Below are positions 9,204 through 16,178 of a stretch of DNA of 20,000 nt, in pieces. Position 1 is the first letter of the stretch. The number at the start of each line of letters is the position of its first letter. The notes under the pieces are model-generated. The model saw only the letters and a program-made list of their open reading frames with translations, was not told where the DNA came from and searched no databases. The stretch is from an uncultured virus (IMG/VR IMGVR_UViG_3300035208_003226). Taxonomy: Duplodnaviria; Heunggongvirae; Uroviricota; Caudoviricetes. The stretch lies in IMG/VR virus record IMGVR_UViG_3300035208_003226; one strand, 5' to 3'. A program made the translations under genes and the position numbers.

Positions 9204-9780
9204 ATTTGTTCCTCCAATAATCTCTATTAAAATTTGTTTTATTATGACAACTTTTACATAATGTTATTAAATTTTCTGGACTGCAATTTTTCTTATTATA
9301 ATCTATATGGTGAACACACCATCCATATTTAGAACATATTTGACAAATATATTTGTCTCTTTCTCTAATACTTCTTTTAAGTGTTTTTGTCCAATCTACT
9401 GAATATATTTCTTTACTAATTCCGCCTTTCCAATTATAATGTTCAATACCTTTTTTAATTCTTTTTTCAATAGTTTCTTTAGATTGTTTTTTTCCTATAT
9501 GAGATAATTTCATTTTATTTATACTTTCTAAACTTCTTTTTTTACCTTTATTTTTTAAACTTATTTTTTGTTTAGTTTTATCAGTATGTTTATATCCTTT
9601 TCTTTTTTTATGTTTATCGCTATTACTTTTTTTTCCTTCTTCTGAAAAATGATAAGTTCCTTTCTTACCTTTATTCCATGGTATATTTCCTTTTTTAAAA
9701 GGTTTTATTTTTCCTTCTTTAATTCTTAATTTAACAGTATCTCTAATTTTTTCGTTTCGTATTTTACTATACTTTCTCAT
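9190..9780 (-). CDS. NUMOD3-repeat HNH homing endonuclease
   Basis: PWNKG and repeated H(T/S)xxTKxKIS-like motifs; C-terminal CQIC...VHHIDYNKKNCSPENLITLCKSCH. Confidence 0.88.
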   Translation of the reverse strand: MRKYSKIRNEKIRDTVKLRIKEGKIKPFKKGNIPWNKGKKGTYHFSEEGKKSNSDKHKKRKGYKHTDKTKQKISLKNKGKKRSLESINKMKLSHIGKKQSKETIEKRIKKGIEHYNWKGGISKEIYSVDWTKTLKRSIRERDKYICQICSKYGWCVHHIDYNKKNCSPENLITLCKSCHNKTNFNRDYWRNKFGKR

Positions 9781-9785
9781 ATTAT

Positions 9786-10190
9786 TTATTTAATTTGCAC
9801 TGGTTCAATATCGTAAACTTTATCTCTCACCTTTTTATTTTGCCATCTGTTTATAATATCCTGCAATTCCATATCAATATTAACATTAAGACTTTTTTGT
9901 GTTACTGGATAATACTTCTCCTTAAACAAAAGCAACTTATTAAGCATCGTATTCATATCTCGTATTGTTTCCTGTTTTAATCTTCCGGGTTTGCCTTCTT
10001 CTATCTTCTTATCGTCCATCAATATCTTTTTGTATATCGTCAGCATCTCATCAATGAACTCAGCAATTTTTTCGTCTGTCCAAATTCTTGGTTTTGTTTT
10101 ATTTATTGCCCAACCTCTACTACGATATTCTGCATCAACTTCTTTTGGACGAGTTCCAAATCCATAATTTTTTATATTAGGATTAGACAT
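9786..10190 (-). CDS. Probable terminase small subunit
   Basis: First gene of the unit upstream of terL; 134 aa, helical core and beta-strand-like tail (TQKSLNVNID). Positional inference only. Confidence 0.45.
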   Translation of the reverse strand: MSNPNIKNYGFGTRPKEVDAEYRSRGWAINKTKPRIWTDEKIAEFIDEMLTIYKKILMDDKKIEEGKPGRLKQETIRDMNTMLNKLLLFKEKYYPVTQKSLNVNIDMELQDIINRWQNKKVRDKVYDIEPVQIK

Positions 10191-10241
10191 TATAAAATAT
10201 ATATATGATATATAAAAATAATTTAAATTATATTATATAAT
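10191..10241 (-). promoter_or_regulatory. AT-rich promoter region with TTTAAAT box and ATTATATAAT palindrome
   Basis: ATTTAAAT at 10221-10228, palindrome at 10232-10241, no RBS before ATG 10190. Confidence 0.55.
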
Positions 10242-10243
10242 CT

Positions 10244-10702
10244 TTATTTCTTAACCTCGTTTCGTTTATTATAATCTGCTGTCGATAAAAACACAGATAT
10301 TCCATGTCCTCTCTCTTTACATTTGTAACTTAATGTGTGTCCTGAAATAACTTGTGTTCTGCTTCCCTCAATTACCTTATCCATATAATTCTCTTGGTCT
10401 TCAATCAACACAAATCTGTTCGCATCTCCATATTTTCCTAAATCGCCAATATCAACTTTCAAATCTTTTTGGACAAATCCATAAATTCTTTGACTTTCTT
10501 TCTCAGCTTTTTCAACCTTATCCTGAAAATCTAATCTTGCACATGGTTCGTCAAAAGGCAATCCTTTCTTTAAAAACTCTTGTCCTTTCTCAGCCAACTT
10601 TTCATTAAACAAATCGTAAATTGTTCTTGTTCCTAAAAGAACAAAATCTTTTTTCTCTGCATCTGTCTGTGTTCTTTCAATCTCTACTAATTCTCCTGCC
10701 AT
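10244..10702 (-). CDS. Hypothetical protein (152 aa)
   Basis: Strong AGGAGG RBS; no recognised motif. Confidence 0.75.
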   Translation of the reverse strand: MAGELVEIERTQTDAEKKDFVLLGTRTIYDLFNEKLAEKGQEFLKKGLPFDEPCARLDFQDKVEKAEKESQRIYGFVQKDLKVDIGDLGKYGDANRFVLIEDQENYMDKVIEGSRTQVISGHTLSYKCKERGHGISVFLSTADYNKRNEVKK

Positions 10703-10761
10703 ATATCTCCTCCTTTCAACATCTTTTTATTAATCGCAATACTAATCATAAAATCATATAA

Positions 10762-10771
10762 ATTATATAAT
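10762..10771. promoter_or_regulatory. ATTATATAAT palindrome
   Basis: Perfect copy of the motif found in four other intergenic gaps. Confidence 0.5.
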
Positions 10772-10776
10772 CAATA

Positions 10777-11088
10777 TTATTCAACACAAGCTTCGCCAAT
10801 CTCACCATCTTTAACTTCTGAAACATTCTTAATCTCAACCCCTTCTGCAATCTGAGCTCCCAACTCCTTAATAACCACTTCATTCAAACTCAACTCATTC
10901 AAAATGTCTTTTAACACCTGTTGATACTCATCTTTGGTTTTTATAAAATTCTGTTCTAATCCTTCTGAAAGCATCAATTCATTATATCTTTCTTGAAAAC
11001 CTAACAACTTATTTCTTTTAACCAATCTTTCTATCTGTTTTGTTGAAATATCAATCTCTTCCTTAGTTAAAGGTCTCTTATTACTCAT
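10777..11088 (-). CDS. Hypothetical coiled-coil protein (103 aa)
   Basis: Heptad-like Leu/Ile spacing; GGAG RBS; overlaps the upstream stop. Confidence 0.7.
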   Translation of the reverse strand: MSNKRPLTKEEIDISTKQIERLVKRNKLLGFQERYNELMLSEGLEQNFIKTKDEYQQVLKDILNELSLNEVVIKELGAQIAEGVEIKNVSEVKDGEIGEACVE

Positions 11089-11437
11089 CCTCTTTTTCCT
11101 CCTTTTCGCTTGTATCTTGAACTATTCCCAAACTACTCATAAATTCTGGGGTCATCTCACCTTCTAAAACGTCGTTTTTCTCAAATTTCATACGTGTAAA
11201 CCTATCGTTTCTAACACTATCTTTTTTTTCTGATATAATATTACATTTAATTTTTTCTTCCTTAATTTTTGATGTTTTTCCCTTATCAATTTTTCCAAAT
11301 CTAAAAGTCTTTAATGGACAATCAACCTCACAATCAACCCAGCTTGTTTTATCTCCAGCACAACATTGCTCTTTACAATATTCTTTAATCGCTTTTAAAG
11401 GCGATTTCTTTTCTTTTACTCTTTTTTCTTTTGCCAT
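11081..11437 (-). CDS. Cys-rich putative zinc-binding viral protein
   Basis: SPLKAIKEYCKEQCCAG...CEVDCPLKTFRFG; start moved to ATG 11437 (GGGAG RBS, just after the upstream stop). Confidence 0.7.
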   Translation of the reverse strand: MAKEKRVKEKKSPLKAIKEYCKEQCCAGDKTSWVDCEVDCPLKTFRFGKIDKGKTSKIKEEKIKCNIISEKKDSVRNDRFTRMKFEKNDVLEGEMTPEFMSSLGIVQDTSEKEEKEDE

Positions 11438-11438
11438 T

Positions 11439-11627
11439 TTATATCTCGCTCCCAACAATATCACCACTTTTATTTCTAAAGCTCATATAATCGTCCCATT
11501 GAAATCTGACAAACTTTGAAAAATTAAAATTACTGTCCTTCTTTCTCTCATCCTCTATTTGTCCTATCTGCTCATTCCTCATTGTCACCAACACCTGATG
11601 CATCTTTTCTTTATTCTCTTTTGTCAT
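11439..11627 (-). CDS. Ribbon-helix-helix-like DNA-binding protein (62 aa)
   Basis: HQVLVTM strand, helix, then NFSKFVR helix fit the RHH pattern; start moved to ATG 11627 behind a promoter motif. Confidence 0.55.
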   Translation of the reverse strand: MTKENKEKMHQVLVTMRNEQIGQIEDERKKDSNFNFSKFVRFQWDDYMSFRNKSGDIVGSEI

Positions 11628-11629
11628 AT

Positions 11630-11696
11630 TAAATATATACCATATATAATCATTATATAACTTCATTTAAATATATTTATATATAAATTATATAAT
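11630..11696 (-). promoter_or_regulatory. Archaeal-type promoter (TTATATAA-N8-TATGGTATATATT) plus ATTATATAAT palindrome
   Basis: Same spacing as the 6948 and 7480 promoters; perfect palindrome at 11687-11696 and a one-mismatch copy at 11652-11661. Confidence 0.6.
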
Positions 11697-11740
11697 TAGC
11701 TTTAAAAACAAAAACAAACAAAAAACAAACTAAAATTACT

Positions 11741-11989
11741 TTATGGGTCAATTTTAAATTCTAAAGCATGTCTAACAGTCATAATATCTCCATCAAGATT
11801 AATTATTTTACGCAACCATCTTTTAGGTAATACTGCTAAAAGAACTCTAACCAACATACATCTTCTTTTTTGTTCCCCATCAACTCTATCTTCAATATCC
11901 TGTATTTTTTCATTCAAATACAATATTGCACTATTCATCGACTCAATCTCTCTAACAGTTTGACTTGTTCTTGTTTTCTTTTTAATCAT
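11741..11989 (-). CDS. Hypothetical protein (82 aa)
   Basis: ATGA overlap with the upstream gene, GGAGG RBS; followed by T-rich tracts on the minus strand (terminator-like). Confidence 0.65.
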   Translation of the reverse strand: MIKKKTRTSQTVREIESMNSAILYLNEKIQDIEDRVDGEQKRRCMLVRVLLAVLPKRWLRKIINLDGDIMTVRHALEFKIDP

Positions 11990-12606
11990 TGTTCCCTCCT
12001 TTCATTATCTTGAATAAAATTATCTGCAACGATATTATTCTCAATATGATATAAAGCCCTATGTTGTCTTACATCAACACCAACGACATTATCTTGCATT
12101 GCATCGTTTTCTGCTATTCCAACTAATTCAAAATCATCCTCACCATTATATGTATATTTTTTAATACACTTCTCTATAATATTTTTTATTAAAAACGCCA
12201 TCTGTCTTTTATTATCTAAAAATACAACATTAATACCATACCTCATCAACAAACTTCCAACCATTCCTAAAATGCAATGCTCATTAATACTACTTGTTCT
12301 ATCTTCAATATGTCCTTCAACAATTATAAAACTATCTATAACACCATCACCATTATACATACGACATGCTTGTTCCTCTAATCTCTCATCCATAATACTC
12401 GAACAAAAATCATCTATTGTTTTTCTTTCGAATATAAGTTTATCTCCTGTAATAAACCGATATTTATAATCAATATCTTTAATATCAAATACAAAATCTC
12501 CAACTTCCAATCTCTTAACCTCATACTCTACCCCCAATTCTTCAAACTCCTCATGTAAAGCTCCAAACTCTCTATCATCTGCAAATATCTTAATCTTATT
12601 TATCAT
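11986..12606 (-). CDS. Stand-alone ERCC4 (XPF/Mus81/Hef-type) nuclease domain protein
   Basis: IFADDRE, LEVGDF, FERKTIDDF (GDxnERKxxxD), ERLEEQ, IIVEG. Confidence 0.9.
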   Translation of the reverse strand: MINKIKIFADDREFGALHEEFEELGVEYEVKRLEVGDFVFDIKDIDYKYRFITGDKLIFERKTIDDFCSSIMDERLEEQACRMYNGDGVIDSFIIVEGHIEDRTSSINEHCILGMVGSLLMRYGINVVFLDNKRQMAFLIKNIIEKCIKKYTYNGEDDFELVGIAENDAMQDNVVGVDVRQHRALYHIENNIVADNFIQDNERREQ

Positions 12607-12749
12607 ATTTCTTTCTCCCTAAAAGCAGATATTATCATCATAATATTTACTCCAATTATAAAACCAAGATTAAAATATTTAGGAAATATCGTTATTAACA
12701 AAGCTATTATAATATTAAGTATACCCACAGATAAAAAATATCTATTCAT
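12603..12749 (-). CDS. Small two-TM membrane protein (48 aa)
   Basis: Hand-translated MNRYFLSVGILNIIIALLITIFPKYFNLGFIIGVNIMMIISAFREKEI; ATGA overlaps at both ends. Confidence 0.65.
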   Translation of the reverse strand: MNRYFLSVGILNIIIALLITIFPKYFNLGFIIGVNIMMIISAFREKEI

Positions 12750-13318
12750 TTTCCCTCTCCTGCTTCTTTCAAAGCAGAATTTATATTTTCAAGTTCTGTT
12801 TCATTAAATTCAAAACCTTTCCAAGTATAACAATCACATATAGAACAAATAGCACATTTCCCACCATTATTATCTAAACTATGAGGTAAGTGAGCTTTTT
12901 TTGAATGACCACATTGACAAAACTCATCTATTGGATTATGCTTAATTTCATCTTTCGTCATCTGCAAAAATTCAACTGCTGTTTTTAGCTTATCGTTTCT
13001 TTTTACCTTCCAATAGCCATTAGGATAGCCAAATTGTTTTCCAGTAGTTACTTTTCTTATAAATCTGAAATTAAACTTTTGTCCTCTTTCTTTATGATAA
13101 ACTAAATCTTTAGTAACTTCAACTTCACAAATATCAACATCTGTTAAATTTCTACCTTCTCCATTTCCATAGACGGGATATAAGTCTAAAATAAAATGGT
13201 CTCCAACTTTCAAATCTTTATCCTGTAATTTATTATTTGGATTATCAAAGTATTCTCTTGTATATTCGTTCTCTTTCTTGATTTCTTGAATTTTTGTTAG
13301 GTAGGGGTTGTTGTTCAT
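12746..13318 (-). CDS. Hypothetical protein with C-terminal Cys/His zinc-binding cluster
   Basis: CQCGHSKKAH...CAICSICDC; GAGGT RBS and ATGA overlap. Confidence 0.7.
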   Translation of the reverse strand: MNNNPYLTKIQEIKKENEYTREYFDNPNNKLQDKDLKVGDHFILDLYPVYGNGEGRNLTDVDICEVEVTKDLVYHKERGQKFNFRFIRKVTTGKQFGYPNGYWKVKRNDKLKTAVEFLQMTKDEIKHNPIDEFCQCGHSKKAHLPHSLDNNGGKCAICSICDCYTWKGFEFNETELENINSALKEAGEGK

Positions 13319-13319
13319 T
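13284..13319. repeat. 36-bp direct repeat A, copy 1 (encodes MNNNPYLTKIQE)
   Basis: 35/36 identical to 13644-13679. Confidence 0.9.
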
Positions 13320-13473
13320 GTTTTACCTCAATATTATCAGAAAAAATAACAAATGCTGTTTTTCCTATATGTTCTGCTGGAACTATAATATGTCCTGCAT
13401 ATCCTCCAAACTTCTTACATTCTTTTTTAATTAATTCGTCTTTCTTTTCATCAAATTCTATTATAATTTTCAT
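13315..13473 (-). CDS. DUF2080-like small protein (52 aa)
   Basis: KKFGGYAGHIIVPAEHIGKTAFVI resembles the archaeal DUF2080 pattern; start moved to ATG 13473 behind GGAGG. Confidence 0.65.
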   Translation of the reverse strand: MKIIIEFDEKKDELIKKECKKFGGYAGHIIVPAEHIGKTAFVIFSDNIEVKQ

Positions 13474-13487
13474 GCTAAATCCTCCTC
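13466..13487. repeat. Junction repeat B, short copy (minus strand GAGGAGGATTTAGCATGAAAAT)
   Basis: Matches 13621-13646 and 13847-13872 apart from a 3-nt deletion. Confidence 0.85.
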
Positions 13488-13628
13488 GTCTTTCTTTAAT
13501 ATACTTAAACATTTTTTACAATTAACATTAGATATATTATCTGTAGTATCATCAAATTCTCCATTAAGTCTGCTATCACAAAGTCTAATTCTATTTCCAA
13601 AATCAAATTTAACAAAATGTATTTTCAT
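13470..13628 (-). CDS. Small zinc-binding protein (52 aa)
   Basis: MKIHF...LC...VNCKKC; start moved to ATG 13628 behind GGAGG. Confidence 0.65.
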   Translation of the reverse strand: MKIHFVKFDFGNRIRLCDSRLNGEFDDTTDNISNVNCKKCLSILKKDEEDLA

Positions 13629-13679
13629 TCTGCTAAATCCTCCTCTTGAATTTTTGTTAGGTATGGGTTGTTGTTCATT
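13621..13679. repeat. Fused junction repeat B (13621-13646) and repeat A (13644-13679)
   Basis: First part is identical to 13847-13872; second part is 35/36 identical to 13284-13319. Confidence 0.9.
13625..13678 (-). CDS. 17-aa chimeric mini-ORF MNNNPYLTKIQEEDLAE
   Basis: In frame, with ATGA overlaps at both ends; made entirely of repeats A and B. Confidence 0.5.
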   Translation of the reverse strand: MNNNPYLTKIQEEDLAE

Positions 13680-13854
13680 TCTTCTTACCCCTACTCTTTG
13701 GTAATTCATAATGCATTTTCATTAAATCTTTTTTTAATATATTTCCAACAGACATAAAAAACTCTTGATATGAAACTTTCTTTATGTTAAGTTTAATCCA
13801 CTCAACACAGATTATCTTAACTTTCTTTCTATCGGTTATATCTTTCATTTTCAT
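13675..13854 (-). CDS. Hypothetical basic protein (59 aa)
   Basis: Hand-translated MKMKDITDRKKVKIICVEWIK...KSRGKKK; GGAGG RBS and ATGA overlaps at both ends. Confidence 0.65.
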   Translation of the reverse strand: MKMKDITDRKKVKIICVEWIKLNIKKVSYQEFFMSVGNILKKDLMKMHYELPKSRGKKK

Positions 13855-13872
13855 TCTGCTAAATCCTCCTCT
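13847..13872. repeat. Junction repeat B, full copy
   Basis: 26/26 identical to 13621-13646. Confidence 0.9.
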
Positions 13873-14087
13873 GAAAGATTGAAGAAATCCATAAAGGCAA
13901 GATAAGCGTTTCTATGATGTTTAATTGCATACTTAAACCATTTTATTGCCTCAGTTTTTAACACATTATTCCATACAACTTTAGGGTAACTTCCTGTTTC
14001 TTTTAGTAAGAATCTTTTTTCACTTTCTAACATCATTAAATTCGGTTCTATTTCAATGTCTTTTAAAGTTTTTAGTTCGGTTGTCAT
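13851..14087 (-). CDS. Hypothetical viral protein (78 aa)
   Basis: Intact ORF, LKTLKD...EAIKW...FFNLSEEDL; ATGA overlap with the next gene. Confidence 0.75.
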   Translation of the reverse strand: MTTELKTLKDIEIEPNLMMLESEKRFLLKETGSYPKVVWNNVLKTEAIKWFKYAIKHHRNAYLAFMDFFNLSEEDLAE

Positions 14088-14096
14088 ATAATCGTC

Positions 14097-14909
14097 TCAA
14101 GGATACCCAATCCCTTTAGGGTTGGGAGGAATTGAGGGAGCTTCCTTTAAATTTAGTTGTGATAATCTTTCGTTAGCAATTTTACAATATTCTTCTGAAA
14201 TTTCAAAACCAATATAATTTCTTCCCAACTTCTTACAAACTAATGCAGTTGTTCCAGCACCACTAAAGGGGTCGCATATATTTGCATTCTTCCAAGAAAA
14301 CATTTTAATACATCTCTTTACTAATTCTTCAGGAAACATTGCATTATGTCCAAATACTTTTTGTTTAGTTTCAGGAGCAAATTTCCAAAGTGCTAAAGAC
14401 CATTCTATAAATTCTTCTTTTGTTAAATCAGTTTCCCCTCTCTTTTGAAGTTTTCTATCTCCTTTAGCAAAAATAAGTATATGTTCAAATGGTGTAGGAA
14501 AAGATGGACAAGATGGAGATAAAAATGACCCCCAACTTGTTCTGTTACCTACTTGAGATTTGTCCCATATAATGTGTGTTATGGGAATGTATCCAATTTC
14601 TTTCATAAATTGAATTATATCACTTGATGTTGGAACTGCTCCATTTCTACCATCTCCAATATTTATACAACATCTTCCGCCCATACATTGTTTTTTAAAT
14701 AATTCTGAAAATACTTCTTTTAACCATTTAATATAATCTTGATGGTCTTTGTTGTCGTTATATAAATCATAAGGACTTTTATGATATTTATTATTCCCTA
14801 AATCTACATTATAAGGTGGAGAAGTAATTACTAAATCAATTAAATTATCTTCTATCTTTTTAATCCCTTCAAGGCAATCTTCGTTGTATATTTTGTTTGT
14901 TTCTAACAT
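14097..14909 (-). CDS. Beta-class amino-DNA methyltransferase (N4-C/N6-A family, SPPY type)
   Basis: Motif IV TSPPY precedes HNAMFP and motif I DPFSGAGTT, then GFEISEEY; no restriction enzyme nearby. Confidence 0.93.
   Translation of the reverse strand: MLETNKIYNEDCLEGIKKIEDNLIDLVITSPPYNVDLGNNKYHKSPYDLYNDNKDHQDYIKWLKEVFSELFKKQCMGGRCCINIGDGRNGAVPTSSDIIQFMKEIGYIPITHIIWDKSQVGNRTSWGSFLSPSCPSFPTPFEHILIFAKGDRKLQKRGETDLTKEEFIEWSLALWKFAPETKQKVFGHNAMFPEELVKRCIKMFSWKNANICDPFSGAGTTALVCKKLGRNYIGFEISEEYCKIANERLSQLNLKEAPSIPPNPKGIGYP
14102..14126 (+). repeat. Left-end guide and hairpin GATA-CCCAA(T)CCC-TTTA-GGGTTGGG
   Basis: Imperfect palindrome with one bulged T. Confidence 0.8.
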
Positions 14910-14921
14910 TTTGTTTCCTTA

Positions 14922-14946
14922 GATACTCCACCCTTTAGGGTGTGAG
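14922..14946 (+). repeat. Right-end guide and hairpin GATA-CTCCACCC-TTTA-GGGTG(T)GAG
   Basis: Imperfect palindrome with one bulged T; same length and orientation as the left one. Confidence 0.8.
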
Positions 14947-14952
14947 AGTATG

Positions 14953-15501
14953 TCATTCTTTTCCTCCAAAGTATTTATTAATAAAAGAATTAATATCTTC
15001 CCAACAAATAATTCCTGTAGTAAATTTAAGATATAAATCATCTTTCAGCTTCTTAACTTTCTCATTCAAATTCTCATTAACTCTATCGTTATGTTCACAA
15101 AATATCTTTTGTCCAGTATAATATCTATTTCTCCATTCATCAATTTCTTTCTGCATTTCTCTTTTTTGGGTTTCCTGTCCTGCTTTAAAATTATTTCGAG
15201 CAGTTTTAAATAAAAGAGCATCTGCGTAATTTATTTCTTTATCTTTATAGAAATTAGTTATATCTTGGTTAGTTATTTCCTGCATTTTTTGTGCAGTTAA
15301 GGAAATAGCTTCTAAAACGTCTTCTCCTGTATATTTCTTTGGATTATCTTTAAATCTCTGTTTTCTATTAATTATCTTATACATTATTTCTTGCTTTATC
15401 TCATCTGAAAAAGTGTCCGCAAAAGAAGTTGAAATAACAACAGAACTCTCCTTAGCATAAGCAGAATCAGTTATCTTCTTCTTTGGACTATTATTTTTCA
15501 T
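14953..15501 (-). CDS. Hypothetical protein (182 aa)
   Basis: Coupled to the E1 gene by an ATGA overlap; helical, no recognised motif. Confidence 0.7.
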   Translation of the reverse strand: MKNNSPKKKITDSAYAKESSVVISTSFADTFSDEIKQEIMYKIINRKQRFKDNPKKYTGEDVLEAISLTAQKMQEITNQDITNFYKDKEINYADALLFKTARNNFKAGQETQKREMQKEIDEWRNRYYTGQKIFCEHNDRVNENLNEKVKKLKDDLYLKFTTGIICWEDINSFINKYFGGKE

Positions 15502-16178
15502 TTTCCCAACACCTTCAAACTTGGCATCGTTCTTTTAATTACTTTGAAATATTCCTCACCCTTATCAATCATCTTCACAATCTGGCAAGTTTCACTTGCA
15601 ATACTCAACACCGTATAAATCACACTTTTCTCACCGCAAACCGTATCTGCAGTCTTCTCCTCCAAATGCTTCTTACAACTCTCCACATCTTCTTTCTTTG
15701 CAAAATCATAACCATAAATCGCATAACTATCTGCACCCATTCTTGTATCTACCAACTTTATTGGTATCTGCTTCACAGCATCATAAACTATCTTTCTTGC
15801 TTCCATATTATCAAAACACAAAACCACCACAGTATTCAAATCCACATTATTTTCAATAATCTTGCCAATATTCCTTTTTGTAATCTTTTTCTCACAAATG
15901 CTAATCTGAGTTTCAGTAAAATCTTCAACAATATCCCTTAATGAATAAACTTTATACTTTCCAATATCACTTATTCTATAAAACTGATTAGGAATATTCT
16001 GCTTCTCCACCGTATCAAAATCAAACACAGTAATATTATTGAATCCCAACTTCGCCAAATTTAACGTTATAAAACTTCCCGTGCTTCCTGCACCAAATAC
16101 TAAAATATTACTTCTTTGCTTTTCAGGATTGAAAATCTTTTCTTGTCTTTCATAACTCACGACATTATCTTTAGTCAT
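15498..16178 (-). CDS. ThiF/MoeB/E1-family Ubl-activating enzyme
   Basis: YERQ, ILVFGAGSTGS, DFDTVEKQNIPNQ, GKYKV, CFDNMEARK, DTRMG; candidate catalytic Cys in TVCG. Start moved to 16178 (GGAGG, ATGA overlap). Confidence 0.92.
   Translation of the reverse strand: MTKDNVVSYERQEKIFNPEKQRSNILVFGAGSTGSFITLNLAKLGFNNITVFDFDTVEKQNIPNQFYRISDIGKYKVYSLRDIVEDFTETQISICEKKITKRNIGKIIENNVDLNTVVVLCFDNMEARKIVYDAVKQIPIKLVDTRMGADSYAIYGYDFAKKEDVESCKKHLEEKTADTVCGEKSVIYTVLSIASETCQIVKMIDKGEEYFKVIKRTMPSLKVLGK

Larger units (their letters stand above)
14088..14956 (+). mobile_element. Non-autonomous IS200/IS605-type element (869 bp) carrying a DNA methyltransferase
   Basis: TCAT target at 14084-14087; GATA guide plus hairpin at 14102-14126 and again at 14922-14946; terminal TCAT at 14953-14956. 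Removal restores a GGAGG-N6-ATGA junction. No tnpA or tnpB. Confidence 0.8.

Noticed and set aside
12746..13318. RING E3 ligase for the Ubl system
   Set aside because: Cys/His spacing does not match RING and the gene is over 2 kb from the module.
13284..13872. Repeats as a CRISPR array or integron attC sites
   Set aside because: Spacing is irregular and gene-sized, the repeats are coding and non-palindromic, and no cas or integrase gene is present.
14097..14909. Restriction-modification system
   Set aside because: No adjacent endonuclease; the MTase sits alone inside the element.
14102..14946. Hairpins as intrinsic terminators
   Set aside because: Neither has a U-tract, and their paired guide and cleavage-site geometry fits IS200/IS605 ends better.
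15498..16178. ThiF/MoeB for thiamine or molybdopterin synthesis
   Set aside because: No pathway genes or rhodanese domain; E2 and JAB neighbours favour protein conjugation.
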